A DNA stretch of 64,000 nt from positions 39,866,001 to 39,930,000 of the forward strand of contig OX597824.1 of NCBI GenBank assembly GCA_951406725.2, written 5' to 3'. This document shows, one piece after another, positions 31,446 to 42,049 of this stretch; position 1 is the first letter of the stretch, and each line of letters begins with the position of its first letter. Origin of the DNA: Octopus vulgaris (lineage: Eukaryota). Both the position numbers and the translations under genes were made by a program. A model generated the notes under the pieces. That model searched no databases. It was not told the origin of the DNA and was given only the letters and a program-made list of their open reading frames with translations.

Positions 31446-32201
31446 ATATATATATATATATACGAGCGAATGGACGGTGATGAGTTGTCAAACATTTAAA
31501 CCAAATTTTCTCAAACCAACATGTCCCACCGTCCCATAGGCCTCCCCTTTGAAAAACACTGATTTAACCTAAATTTGAAACACCAGCAAAAGAAGAAATA
31601 AAGATAGACTTTTTTTTCTATTCCAAAGAAAAGCGATTTTATTCACACAAATATGCAACCGAAGAGTTTAAAGTACCAGTAATGATATGGCTGTTGACTG
31701 GGAGAACACAAACACGGTTTAAACAGAAAGCTTGGCAGGAAAGAAACGTGCCTTTAAGCAGTACAAAAATAGCAAAAAATGGAAGGTGCAGTTATGTAAA
31801 GGTTGACAGAAGAAAAGCAGGACAAAAACGGCTTTATCGATCGCTTTATTCTCACCTGGAATTGATTTTCGTAATGTTTTCAAGACTTATAGACGCCCTG
31901 ATACCGTCGGTATCTATATATCAAATTTGAGCGCAATCGGTTGGAGGATGCTCGAGATCCGAGAAGACACACACAGAGACAGACAGACAGAACGGATTTT
32001 ATATAAGAGATATGAGAGTATCTTGTGCCCGACCTCCTGCGAGGATTCTATAGGGACTTGACTATTTCTTCTAGTAGTTCATATAAATGGTGGTGGTATT
32101 TCTGATAAATATCACAACCACCACAATCACCACCACCCTGCAACCATAAGTAACTCTGTGCGGTGTCAGAAGACGAAGAAAAAGTAGAAGTTTAAGTGGT
32201 G

Positions 32202-32276
32202 TGCCCCAGGTGAGGGTCGAACTCATGACATTTAGTTTCATCGCAACTGAAGTACTGCCTACTGCGCTACCAAGGT
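32202..32276 (-). pseudogene. Decayed tRNA-Met copy (anticodon arm lost)
   Basis: TGCCCCAGGTGAGGGTCGAACTCA...CTGCCTACTGCGCTACCAAGGT. Confidence 0.75.
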
Positions 32277-32647
32277 AATTGGAAGGCAGCGCTTAAATTT
32301 GTCTATATAAGTACTATTACTTTCAGATTAATTACTTCGTCATTTAGTTTGTATATTAGAATTTACTCTACTTACGATGCCTACTTCTTTTTTCATAGAT
32401 AGCATTACTTACGAGAAAATCACTATGTCGTTACGATGATAGATTTCATTTCATTGCTTCCTTTGCATGTCTTTTAATTACTTTTAATTACCTATTTCTA
32501 TAGCTATTCAATTGTCATCTACCCTGTTAAAAGTAAACACTAAATATAGTTGAGTCATTTCAGTGCAATGAAAATAAACGTTCTTCCTACATTCATAAGT
32601 ATTTTCTTACTTCGCCTTTCGATTAATTATATTATTTTATTCTTTTA

Positions 32648-33046
32648 CTAGCAGTATCGCCCGGCGTTGCTCAGATTTGTAAGGGAAATAACTATAAAGC
32701 ATTTTTAGAGAGTTGTAGCCAAAAAATAGCAAAAAAATACATTAAAAATGGAAAAAAAATTATAGTAAATTTTTTTTAAATCGTTGACTCATCGTAGACA
32801 TTTTTAGAGAGTTACTTCCCTTATATAATAGCAAAAAATGCATTAAAATGGAAAAGAATTATGGTAAATTATTTTTAAAATCGTAGACTCATCGTAGACG
32901 CGCGCTAATACCCAGACGAGCTCGATATGAATCACGACTATAAGATACCCGAATTTGGTTAAACTGCACCGCAAAATGTGGGAGTAGTTAGGAATCTAAA
33001 TCGTAGGAGACAGACACTCACACAACTTCACTTTTATATATATAGA
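32648..33046 (-). mobile_element. Non-autonomous Helitron (same family as 29112-29392)
   Basis: Same TC and CTAG termini, same hairpin, shared internal sequence. Confidence 0.75.
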
Positions 33047-33442
33047 TATATGTTTCAGTCATTTGACTGCGGCCATGCTGGAGCACCAACTTTGGTAGGA
33101 AAAAATTGACCCCAGGACTTAATCTTTGTAAGCCTAGGACTCATACTATCGGTGTCGTTTGCCGAACCGCTTAGTTACGGGGACGTAAGCACACTAACAT
33201 CGGCTGTCAAGCGATGGTGGATGAGACAAACACAGACACACAAACATACAAACATACATATATAATTAAATAAGGGTAGAAATTGATACTAATCAATTAA
33301 AACCAGTGGCCTAGCATAATTTAAAGAAATCCGAACATTGAACATTTTTTTTACATACAAAATTTAGAGGACTTTTTTTTTTAGTGGTCAGTCCTCTAAA
33401 TTTTGTATGTAATATATATATATGTATATATATATGTATATA

Positions 33443-33513
<71 letters not shown>

Positions 33514-33522
<9 letters not shown>

Positions 33523-33759
33523 ATAGAGGGCATTAATACACATAAATGCATCACACTAAGAGGGACAAAGTCATTACTACCAAAATTACACTAATCATAC
33601 CTAAATGCAGTTCTTCAAAGCAAGACATTTAAATTCATTTTTTAAATGTCTTGCTTTGAAGAACTGCATTTAGGTATGATTAGTGTAATTTTGGTAGTAA
33701 TGACTTTGTCCCTCTTAGTGTGAGGCATTTATGTGTATTAATGCCCTCTATACAATATA
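33514..33759. repeat. Near-perfect palindrome, ~120-bp arms
   Basis: TTGTATAGAGG...AGACATTTAAA / TTTAAATGTCT...CCTCTATACAA. Confidence 0.9.
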
Positions 33760-34274
33760 GATATAATTAATTTGTTCAAAAGAAAAAAATTATTTTCGAA
33801 TTCTTTTCTTTTATGAGGTTTTCACGCTAACTACCTGATAATTTCTTGTTAAGATTCCTTATTAAGAAGTTATCCTTAATTGTTAATTTTATATGCATAT
33901 ATATATATACATACATATATACACGATGTACTTCTTTCAGTTTACACCTAACAAATCCACTCACAAGGCTTTAGTCGGCCAGAGACTATAGCAGAAGATA
34001 CTTGCCCAAGGTGTCACGCAATGGGACTGAACCATGTGGTTGGGAAGCAGGCTCCTTACCACACAGCGACGCACGAACTTTTCAGCACCGCCTCGTATAT
34101 ACTAGAAAGTATCTTGTAACAGTCCTCCCATAAGTTTAGAGGGACTTCATTATTTCTTCTAGTAGTTTATATAAATGGTCGGGATATTTCTTATTAAATA
34201 TCACCGATACTGTATATAACTCTGTGCGATCTCAAAAAGATGAAGATATTTGAGCAAAAAAAATTTAAAAGATG

Positions 34275-34369
34275 TGCCCCAGGTGAGGATCGAACTCACG
34301 ACCTTCAGATATCTCAACATAAGCTGCTTGATTATGAGACTGACGCGCTGCCTACTGCGCTACCGAGGC
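34275..34369 (-). tRNA. tRNA-Met-CAT: Elongator tRNA-Met(CAT) with 22-nt intron ATCAAGCAGCTTATGTTGAGAT
   Basis: Exons GCCTCGGTAGCGCAGTAGGCAGCGCGTCAGTCTCATA | ATCTGAAGGTCGTGAGTTCGATCCTCACCTGGGGCA form a 73-nt cloverleaf with G1-C72, T31:T39 and TTC in the T loop (elongator, not initiator). Confidence 0.95.
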
Positions 34370-34760
34370 AACGGAAAACCATTAGTTACATTTCTCTATA
34401 TATGTACGATGACACTCAAACTAATTACCTTCTCATTTAATTTATATAGTGTTCGGACCGCAGCCTTGAGGGAGCACCAACTTTTAAGCTTGATACTTAT
34501 TTTGTCGGTTCTTGTGCCAAACAACTACGTTACAAAAGACTTAGACAAATCAGCGCCGGTCATCAAGCCTGTGGTAGCACAAACATAATCACACACACAC
34601 ATACACAGAGCCAAAGAATACTTTGTAACCGACCTTCTCTAAGAAGTCTACAGGCAAATGACAATTTCTACCGATCGGAGAATTTCTATTAATTATCTCC
34701 ACCTCTATAAAACGAACTCCCTATGGCATAAGAAAATAAAGTTATTCTAAATAAAAAATA

Positions 34761-34855
34761 TGCCCCAGGTGAGGATCGAACTCACGACCTTCAGATTCCT
34801 CTAAAGACTTTACTTGATTATGAGACTGACGCGCTGCCTACTGCGCTACCGAGGC
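34761..34855 (-). tRNA. tRNA-Met-CAT: Elongator tRNA-Met(CAT) with 22-nt intron ATCAAGTAAAGTCTTTAGAGGA
   Basis: Identical exons; T-run downstream. Confidence 0.95.
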
Positions 34856-35392
34856 ACTTGGTAGCAAGTTTTTGAATTTGTCTATCTATGACTTTCATAC
34901 TACTTTTAATGTTTAACTTTTGTTTTTCTTTTATAATATTACTAGCGAGGAAATTACAATGTTGTTATCATAATCCACATTCTTTTAATATCTCCTTTGC
35001 ATGTCTTTTAATTACTTTTAATTACTTACCCAGTTTTATCTACCCTATTACAAATAAAACACTAAGTATAGTAGTGTCATTTCAAGGGAGATAAAATTTA
35101 TTCCTATATTCAGCATTATATAATTTTACTCTCAAACTCATAACCTATAATACTTTTATTGCGCGATTTCTTATTTTGTCTATCAATTAATTATATATAA
35201 ACATCTTTAATACAAGAAATTACCACAACGTTTTCTGTATGCATAGTTCCAGCCAGACCACAGCAATAATAAAAATATTATAATTGTATAAGTTAAATGA
35301 AGGACGGTACTTAACGAAAATCGAGTTGCGTACCTTTAATTCTCTTTAACTGTGCGTGCGTGCGTGCGTGTGTGTGTGTGTGTTTGTGTGTG

Positions 35393-35680
35393 TGGAGGCC
35401 CATTGCCTAATGGTTAGAGAAGCGGACTCGCGGTCGAGGGTTCGCATCTCATATCCGGCGATGTGTGTGCTTATTAGCGAAACACCTAAGCACCACGCGA
35501 CTCCGGCAGAAGGTAATGGCGAGCTTCTGCTGACTCTTTCGCCACAACATTCTCTCACTCTTTCCTCCTGCATCTTGCAGCTCACCTGCGACGGACCGAC
35601 GTCCCGTCCAAGTGGGGAACCTATAACCCAAGGAAAACCGGCCTTTATGAGCCAAGCAAGTCTCGAGAAGGAACAAACAA
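35393..35680 (+). mobile_element. tRNA-derived SINE related to the family C head
   Basis: GTGGAGGCCCATTGCCTAATGGTTAGAGAAGCGGACTCGCGGTCG matches the head of 4606-5000. Confidence 0.7.
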
Positions 35681-35801
35681 TATATACGACGACATTCTAA
35701 CTAGTTACCTTCTTATTTCATCTATATAGTCTCCACCTCTATTTATAAAACGAACTCTCAATGGCATAAGAAAATAAAGTTGATCAAAATAAAATAATAT
35801 G

Positions 35802-35895
35802 TGCCCCAGGTGAGGATCGAACTCACGACCTTCAGATTCCTCTGTATAATTAATTGATTATGAGACTGACGCGCTGCCTACTGCGCTACCGAGGC
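35802..35895 (-). tRNA. tRNA-Met-CAT: Elongator tRNA-Met(CAT) with 21-nt intron ATCAATTAATTATACAGAGGA
   Basis: Identical exons. Confidence 0.95.
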
Positions 35896-36362
35896 ACTCG
35901 ATAACAAGCATTTAAATTTGTCTATCTATGACTTTCGTATTACTTTCTTTTGTCATTTAATTTCTCTATTGAAATTTACTCTGCTGTCATTTAACTCTTA
36001 ATGTCTACCTTTTTTTCTTTCTTTTATAATTTTACTAGCGAGGAAATTACAATGTTATTATCATAATCCACATTATTTTAATATCTCTTTTGCATGTCTT
36101 TTAATTGCTTTTAATTACCTACCCTATTACAGATAAAACACTAAATATATTCGTGTTATTTCAAGGGAAATGCACTTTCTCTCTGCATTCCCCATAAGTA
36201 TATTCAGAATTATATAATTTTACTCTGATACTCATAACCCATAACACTTTTATTACGTGATTTCAAGAAGGCTTCAGGTAATTACAAATTTCTCCCAGTC
36301 CTTTATGCATATGGTCTATATTACAAGAAAATAAAGTTATCAAAAAAAATTCTAAAATGACA

Positions 36363-36457
36363 TGCCCCAGGTGAGGATCGAACTCACGACCTTCAGATTC
36401 CTCAACCTATTTTGTTTGATTATGAGACTGACGCGCTGCCTACTGCGCTACCGAGGC
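36363..36457 (-). tRNA. tRNA-Met-CAT: Elongator tRNA-Met(CAT) with 22-nt intron ATCAAACAAAATAGGTTGAGGA
   Basis: Identical exons. Confidence 0.95.
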
Positions 36458-37092
36458 AATCGGTAATCTGCTTTTAAATATGTCTGCATATGACTGTCAG
36501 GCTACTTTGATTTGTCATTTAATTTCTCTATTGAAATTTACCCTTCTGTAAATTAACTGTCATTTAACTTTTAATGTCTACCATTTTTTCTTTTATATTA
36601 CTTGCAAGGAAATTACCGTCATTATCATAACACACATTATTTCAATATTTCCTTGCACGTCTTTTAATTGCTTTCAATTACCTATTTCTATAGCTATTCA
36701 GTTGTTATCTACCCTTATTACAAGTAAACTGCTAAATATATTTGCGGCATTTCAGTGCAAGGGAGATAAACTTTCTTCACTATAAGCGTATTCTGAGGTT
36801 TAACAGTTTACTGATACTCTAAATGATTTTATATGATTTTTTTTATTTCGTGTTTCAGTTACTTGTGTATTAACATATATAATACAAGAAATTACTACAG
36901 CAATAACTGTATAAGTTAAATCTCAGGTTGTATTTAATGACAGAAATCGAATCGCATCTCCATAATTCTTCTTTAAGAAAAAATGGTAGACATTAAAAGT
37001 TAAATGACAGAAGGGTAAATTTCGATAGAGAAAGTAAAAACAAAGTAGCCTGAAAGTCATATGCAGACATATTTAAAAGCAGGTTACCGATT

Positions 37093-37187
37093 GCCTCGGT
37101 AGCGCAGTAGGCAGCGCGTCAGTCTCATAATCAAACAAAATAGGTTGAGGAATCTGAAGGTCGTGAGTTCGATCCTCACCTGGGGCA
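37093..37187 (+). tRNA. tRNA-Met-CAT: Elongator tRNA-Met(CAT) with 22-nt intron ATCAAACAAAATAGGTTGAGGA
   Basis: Identical exons; inverted twin of 36363-36457. Confidence 0.95.
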
Positions 37188-37661
37188 TGTCATTTTAGAA
37201 TTTTTTTTTTAATAACTTTATTTTCTTATAATATAGACCATATGCATAAAGGACTGGGAGAAATTGTCAATTACCTGAAGCCTTCTTAGAGAAAGAAATC
37301 ACGTAATAAAAGTATTATGAGTTATGAGTATCAGAGTAAAATTATATAATTCTAAATATACTTATGGGGAATGCAGAGAGAAAGTGCATTTCCCTTGAAA
37401 TAACACGAATATATTTAGTGTTTTATTTGTAATAGGGTAGGTAATTAAAAGCAATTAAAAGACATGCAAAAGAGATATTAAAATAATGTGGATTATGATA
37501 ATAACATTGTAATTTCCTCGCTAGTAATATTATAAAAGAAAAAAAAAGGTAGACATTAAAAGTTAAATGAAAGCAGAGTAAATTTCAATAGAGAAATTAA
37601 ATGACAAAAGAAAGTAGTACGAAAGTCATAGATAGACAAATTTAAATACCTGTTATCGAGT

Positions 37662-37755
37662 GCCTCGGTAGCGCAGTAGGCAGCGCGTCAGTCTCATAAT
37701 CAAGTAATTATACAGAGGAATCTGAAGGTCGTGAGTTCGATCCTCACCTGGGGCA
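37662..37755 (+). tRNA. tRNA-Met-CAT: Elongator tRNA-Met(CAT) with 21-nt intron ATCAAGTAATTATACAGAGGA
   Basis: Identical exons; inverted twin of 35802-35895. Confidence 0.95.
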
Positions 37756-38170
37756 CATCATTTTATTTTGAATAACTTTATTTTCTTATGACATAGAGAG
37801 TTCGTTTTATAAATAGAGGTGGAGATTATGGAATGGAAGCACTCCGTCGATTACGACGACGATGGTTCCGGTTGATCCGAATCAACGGAACAGCCTGCCC
37901 GTGAAATTAACGTGTAAGTGGCTGAGCACTCCACAGACACGTGTACCCTTAATGTAGTTCTCGGGGATATTCAGCGTGACACAGAGAGTGACAAGGCCGG
38001 CCCCTTGAAATACAGGTACAACAGAAACACACACACACACATAAAGTTAAGGAGAATTAAGGGTACGCAACTCGATTTCTGTTAAGTACCGTCCTCCATT
38101 TAACTTATACAATTATAATATTTTTTATTATTGCTGTGGTCTGGCTGGAACTATGCATAAATATATATAT

Positions 38171-38335
38171 AATTAAGGGTTTAGCAACAAGTTGCTTCAC
38201 CACATACCGAAAATTTAGAAATAGCAGCCAAAAGACCGTTATTTCTTTTGCTAGCGAAAAGAAATAACGGTCTTTTGGCTGTTATTTCTAAATTTTCGGT
38301 ATGTGGTGAAGCAACTTGTTGCTAAGCCCTTAATT
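38171..38335. repeat. Near-perfect palindrome, ~80-bp arms
   Basis: AATTAAGGG..AGCAACAAGTTGCTTCACC...GGTGAAGCAACTTGTTGCT..CCCTTAATT. Confidence 0.9.
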
Positions 38336-38577
38336 ATTGTTATAATTATATATAAAACTTCTTGTATAAGTTTTTACCGAATATGGTTCTTTTCCATACC
38401 GAAAGCTGCTTTGTAAAATTCATAAATTATAAATTAATAATTTTTTACCCTAACAGTCTCCTATACGAACTCCTTAGGGAGCTGACTATTTCTTCTTATA
38501 ATTCATATAAATAGCTGGGAGATTTCTGGTAAATATCACTCCTCCCGTGCAAAACTTTGTGTGATGTCAGAAAATGA

Positions 38578-38672
38578 ATATACAGGTGAGGATCGAACTG
38601 ACGATTTTCAGGTTCTTCACCATAAGCTGTTTGATTATGAGACTGACGCGCTGCCTACTGCATTACCGAGGT
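38578..38672 (-). pseudogene. Decayed intron-containing tRNA-Met copy
   Basis: Anticodon and 5' exon largely intact; acceptor 3' strand and T stem mutated; intron resembles that of 34275. Confidence 0.8.
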
Positions 38673-39084
38673 AACCGGTACGCTTCTGCTAAATTTCTCT
38701 GTATAAGTACGATGACATTCTAACTAATTACCTTCTCATTTAATTTATATAGTGTTCGGACTGTAGCCATACTGGAGCAACCTCTTGAAGAGTTTAGCCG
38801 AACAAATTGATCCTACTACTTAACTTTTAAGCTTGGTACCTATTTTGTTGGTTCTTTTGTCAAAGACGACTTAAACAAATCAGCGCCGCTCATCAAGCCT
38901 GTGGGAACACAAACACAATCACAACCATAGAATATTTTGTAATCGTCCTTCTCTAAGAAGTGTACAGGTAATTGACAATTCCTGCCGTGGAATTTCTGTT
39001 AAATATCTCCACCTCTATTTATAAAATGAACTCTCTATGGTATAAGAAAATAAGTTTTATTCAAAATAAATATCTAAAATGTTG

Positions 39085-39179
39085 TGCCCCAGGTGAGGAT
39101 CGAACTCACGACCTTCAGATTCCTCAGCATATCTTGTTTGATTATGAGACTGACGCGCTGCCTACTGCGCTACCGAGGC
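39085..39179 (-). tRNA. tRNA-Met-CAT: Elongator tRNA-Met(CAT) with 22-nt intron ATCAAACAAGATATGCTGAGGA
   Basis: Identical exons. Confidence 0.95.
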
Positions 39180-39539
39180 ACGTAATTAACCGCACTTAAA
39201 TTTGTCTATACAAGCACTCTTACTTTCTAACTGCTTACCTAGTTATCTAACATATATTGTTTAATTTACCTTTCTGTCATCTAGTTTACAACATATATAG
39301 CATTATATATATATAACGTTACATGTAAGAAAATTATTACGTAATTATTACGATATATTTCATCACAATACGCACTTTCTATATCTATATTTTCTTTGAA
39401 TTAGTAATTGCCATAGCTATTCTATTATCAACTTTATTAGACGTTAATTACGAAAGCTATAAGTGGCATTAGAGTAAAGGGGAGATAACCTTTCTTCTTG
39501 TATTCACTCTGAACATTTTTGCATTTGGTTTGCAAGGCT

Positions 39540-39770
39540 CTTACGGTGAGCTGGCAGAAACGTTCGCACACCGGGCGAAATGCTGAGCGGTATTTCGTCT
39601 GCCGCTACGTTCTGAGTTCAAATTCCGCCGAGGTCGACTTTGCCTTTCATCCTTTCGGGGTCAATAAATTAAGTACCGGTTACGCACTGGGGGTCAATCG
39701 ACTTAATCTGTCTGTCTGTCCTTGTTTGTCTCCTCTGTGTTTAGCCCCTTGTGGGTAGTAAAGAAATAGG
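39540..39770 (+). mobile_element. SINE family B
   Basis: Matches the family B consensus including the tail. Confidence 0.8.
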
Positions 39771-41015
39771 TTTGCATGGCTCTTGATTTGAGTTCGTATT
39801 TCGAAACAAATCTTGCGTCTTGGGACCTTTCTTTCTATATTGACTTTGACCATATTGGTTTCAGATTTTAGCACGTGGTCAGCAAGTTCGGGGTAGTGGG
39901 TAAGTCGATTACATCGACCCCAGTGTTCAGCTGGTACTTATTTTAACGACCGCGAAAGGATGTAAGGCAAAGTTGACCACGGTGGCATTTGAACTCAAAA
40001 CGTAAAAACAAACGAAATGCCGCAAAGCACGTTAAAGTATATATATATATGTATATATATATATATACGTATAAAAAATATATATATAAATACAAAATGG
40101 GACAAGAACGCAAAACACTCAAAGAGACGACACAAGAAACGGACTCTAATCTTCAGTCAAGAACCGGATCATCCTCGCAATTTTGGCTGATTAATCTTGA
40201 GATCGCTCCGATCCGGCCAGCCCCGAGGAAAAACTAAGCTACGAGCATTAGATTTATTGGGAAAAGGATCGAATGTATACGAAACAAGGACAGAAAAACG
40301 GACGATGCCACACGAATATAAATACAAAAAACAATAATAGTAATAACAGGACAAAAACAGTGGGTGTCTTACGACTTTAGACAGTTCAACTTAGCTTAGC
40401 TGGCGTATTTGGAAAATAATGCCTTACGGCAGACGAAGAAATCGATGTTGTCGTGGCGGTTCTCAGAAGCCGAAAGGCTAGTTGACCGGCGGTCATGTGA
40501 GAGGAGAAGAGAGAGAAAAAAAGGGGCAAAGGAATCAAAGAGAGAGAGAAAAAGAGGGACAAAGGCACCAAATAGGGAGAGAAGAGAGAGGAAGAAGGAA
40601 TTAAAATCGGGAGAAGAAAGAGAGCGTGCCAAGGATTGGCTTGACGACAGAATCAGTGAGGTGCAAAGTGAGAAAGACAGAGAAATGTGAGAGAGTGGGG
40701 GAAGAGGAGACCAAAGAATCAGAGGCGAGAAAAGAGAAAGACATAGACTAGTGAAGTATAGAGAAAGTGTGTGTAGAAGTCGTACAGTAGTGGGGTGCTT
40801 ACATACATAAGAGAACAAGGTGTACACACACACACCCAGTAAGTACAGCGAGTAGTGGTTGGGCCCTACAGCTGTACAAAAGAGATCTATTGATTTCATA
40901 TAGAGAGAGACAAATGCAAATTTAGATTTAGATATACATACATACATATGTATTTGTGTCCTTGCGTATGTGTAAGACATCAGAAGTTATTTACCTAAGA
41001 AGTTTAAAAAACTTG

Positions 41016-41075
41016 TGCCCCAAGTGACCCTCGAAATACTTTGATTATCTATGAGGCTGACGCGCTGCGCTACAG
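41016..41075 (-). pseudogene. Heavily deleted tRNA-Met copy
   Basis: TGCCCCAAGTGA...TATGAGGCTGACGCGCTGCGCTAC with homologous flank. Confidence 0.6.
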
Positions 41076-42006
41076 CGAAACCTATGAAATTGTCATAAAT
41101 TTTACTATAAAACCACTATCATTCTTCGACTAGTTTACTTGTCATTTAATTTATACTGGGGAATTTACCTTGTGCCCATCTAATTTAAAATGCCAACTTC
41201 TCTCAAATATAACATTACCAGTAGAAAAAACAATTACGTAATTATCTCGGTATAATTTGTCGCAATACCTCCTTAGTATATCATTTAATTACATTTAATT
41301 AGCTATTTCATTATACCTTATCTATTGCACAAAAGTCAACAAGATTTAGTGTGTCATTATAGTGCGAAGGAGATAACCTTTTATTCTCCTTTCACTTTGA
41401 TCAAACTGTGAAGCAATTTATTCTGATCCTGATAAAGCTTTTATTTTATGGCTAATTATTTCGTCTAAAAGTTAATTATATATTTTCGTCTTTACTACAA
41501 CTACTTACCACAAGGTATTGTGTGTGCTGTGTGCACTTTCTGTTCTTCCCCCACATTATAATTGTAACAACTATAAAACCGCCAATCATCGAATATAACG
41601 TGGTAGCTAGAGAAACAGTTATCTCGCTTACCAAGTCTTCGCTACTGCTTTAGGTTCACCTGTAGGCACCAGTCACCAACAGACAAGCACACCCTCTCGA
41701 CCTTTGCACCTAAACCCAGCAGACCATCAAAGTCGTGTTTCATGTTTGCTGAAGTTACAGAGAACTGCATCAATTCTGACTGCTGACGAAACAAGGTTTA
41801 TGGAGTCACAGACCCCGTCTCGACATGTCATGCTTTGATCCAGTGGCGCATTCAGAATGCTAACAGCTACTGTGAAAAAGGGCTTCACCAGCACGTGGCT
41901 GGTACTCGTTTTCAGCTGAGTAGATTTGATCAATGAAAAGTAAAGTGCCTTGCCCAAGGATACAATCCGACAGACAGACAGACAGACAGGTAGACAGACA
42001 GACAGG

Positions 42007-42042
<36 letters not shown>

Positions 42043-42049
42043 TAGATAA

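Larger units (their letters stand above)
35731..37824. repeat. Inverted duplication (arms ~35731-36592 and ~36975-37824) carrying four tRNA genes
   Basis: Arms are high-identity reverse complements; outer extension 35240-35350 versus 38045-38158. Confidence 0.9.

Noticed and set aside
34240-34588. Recurrent peptide CAPGEDRTHDLQI...DYETDALPTALPR in several ORFs (34240, 38972, 49342, 51311)
   Set aside because: Antisense translation of the tRNA-Met genes, not a protein family
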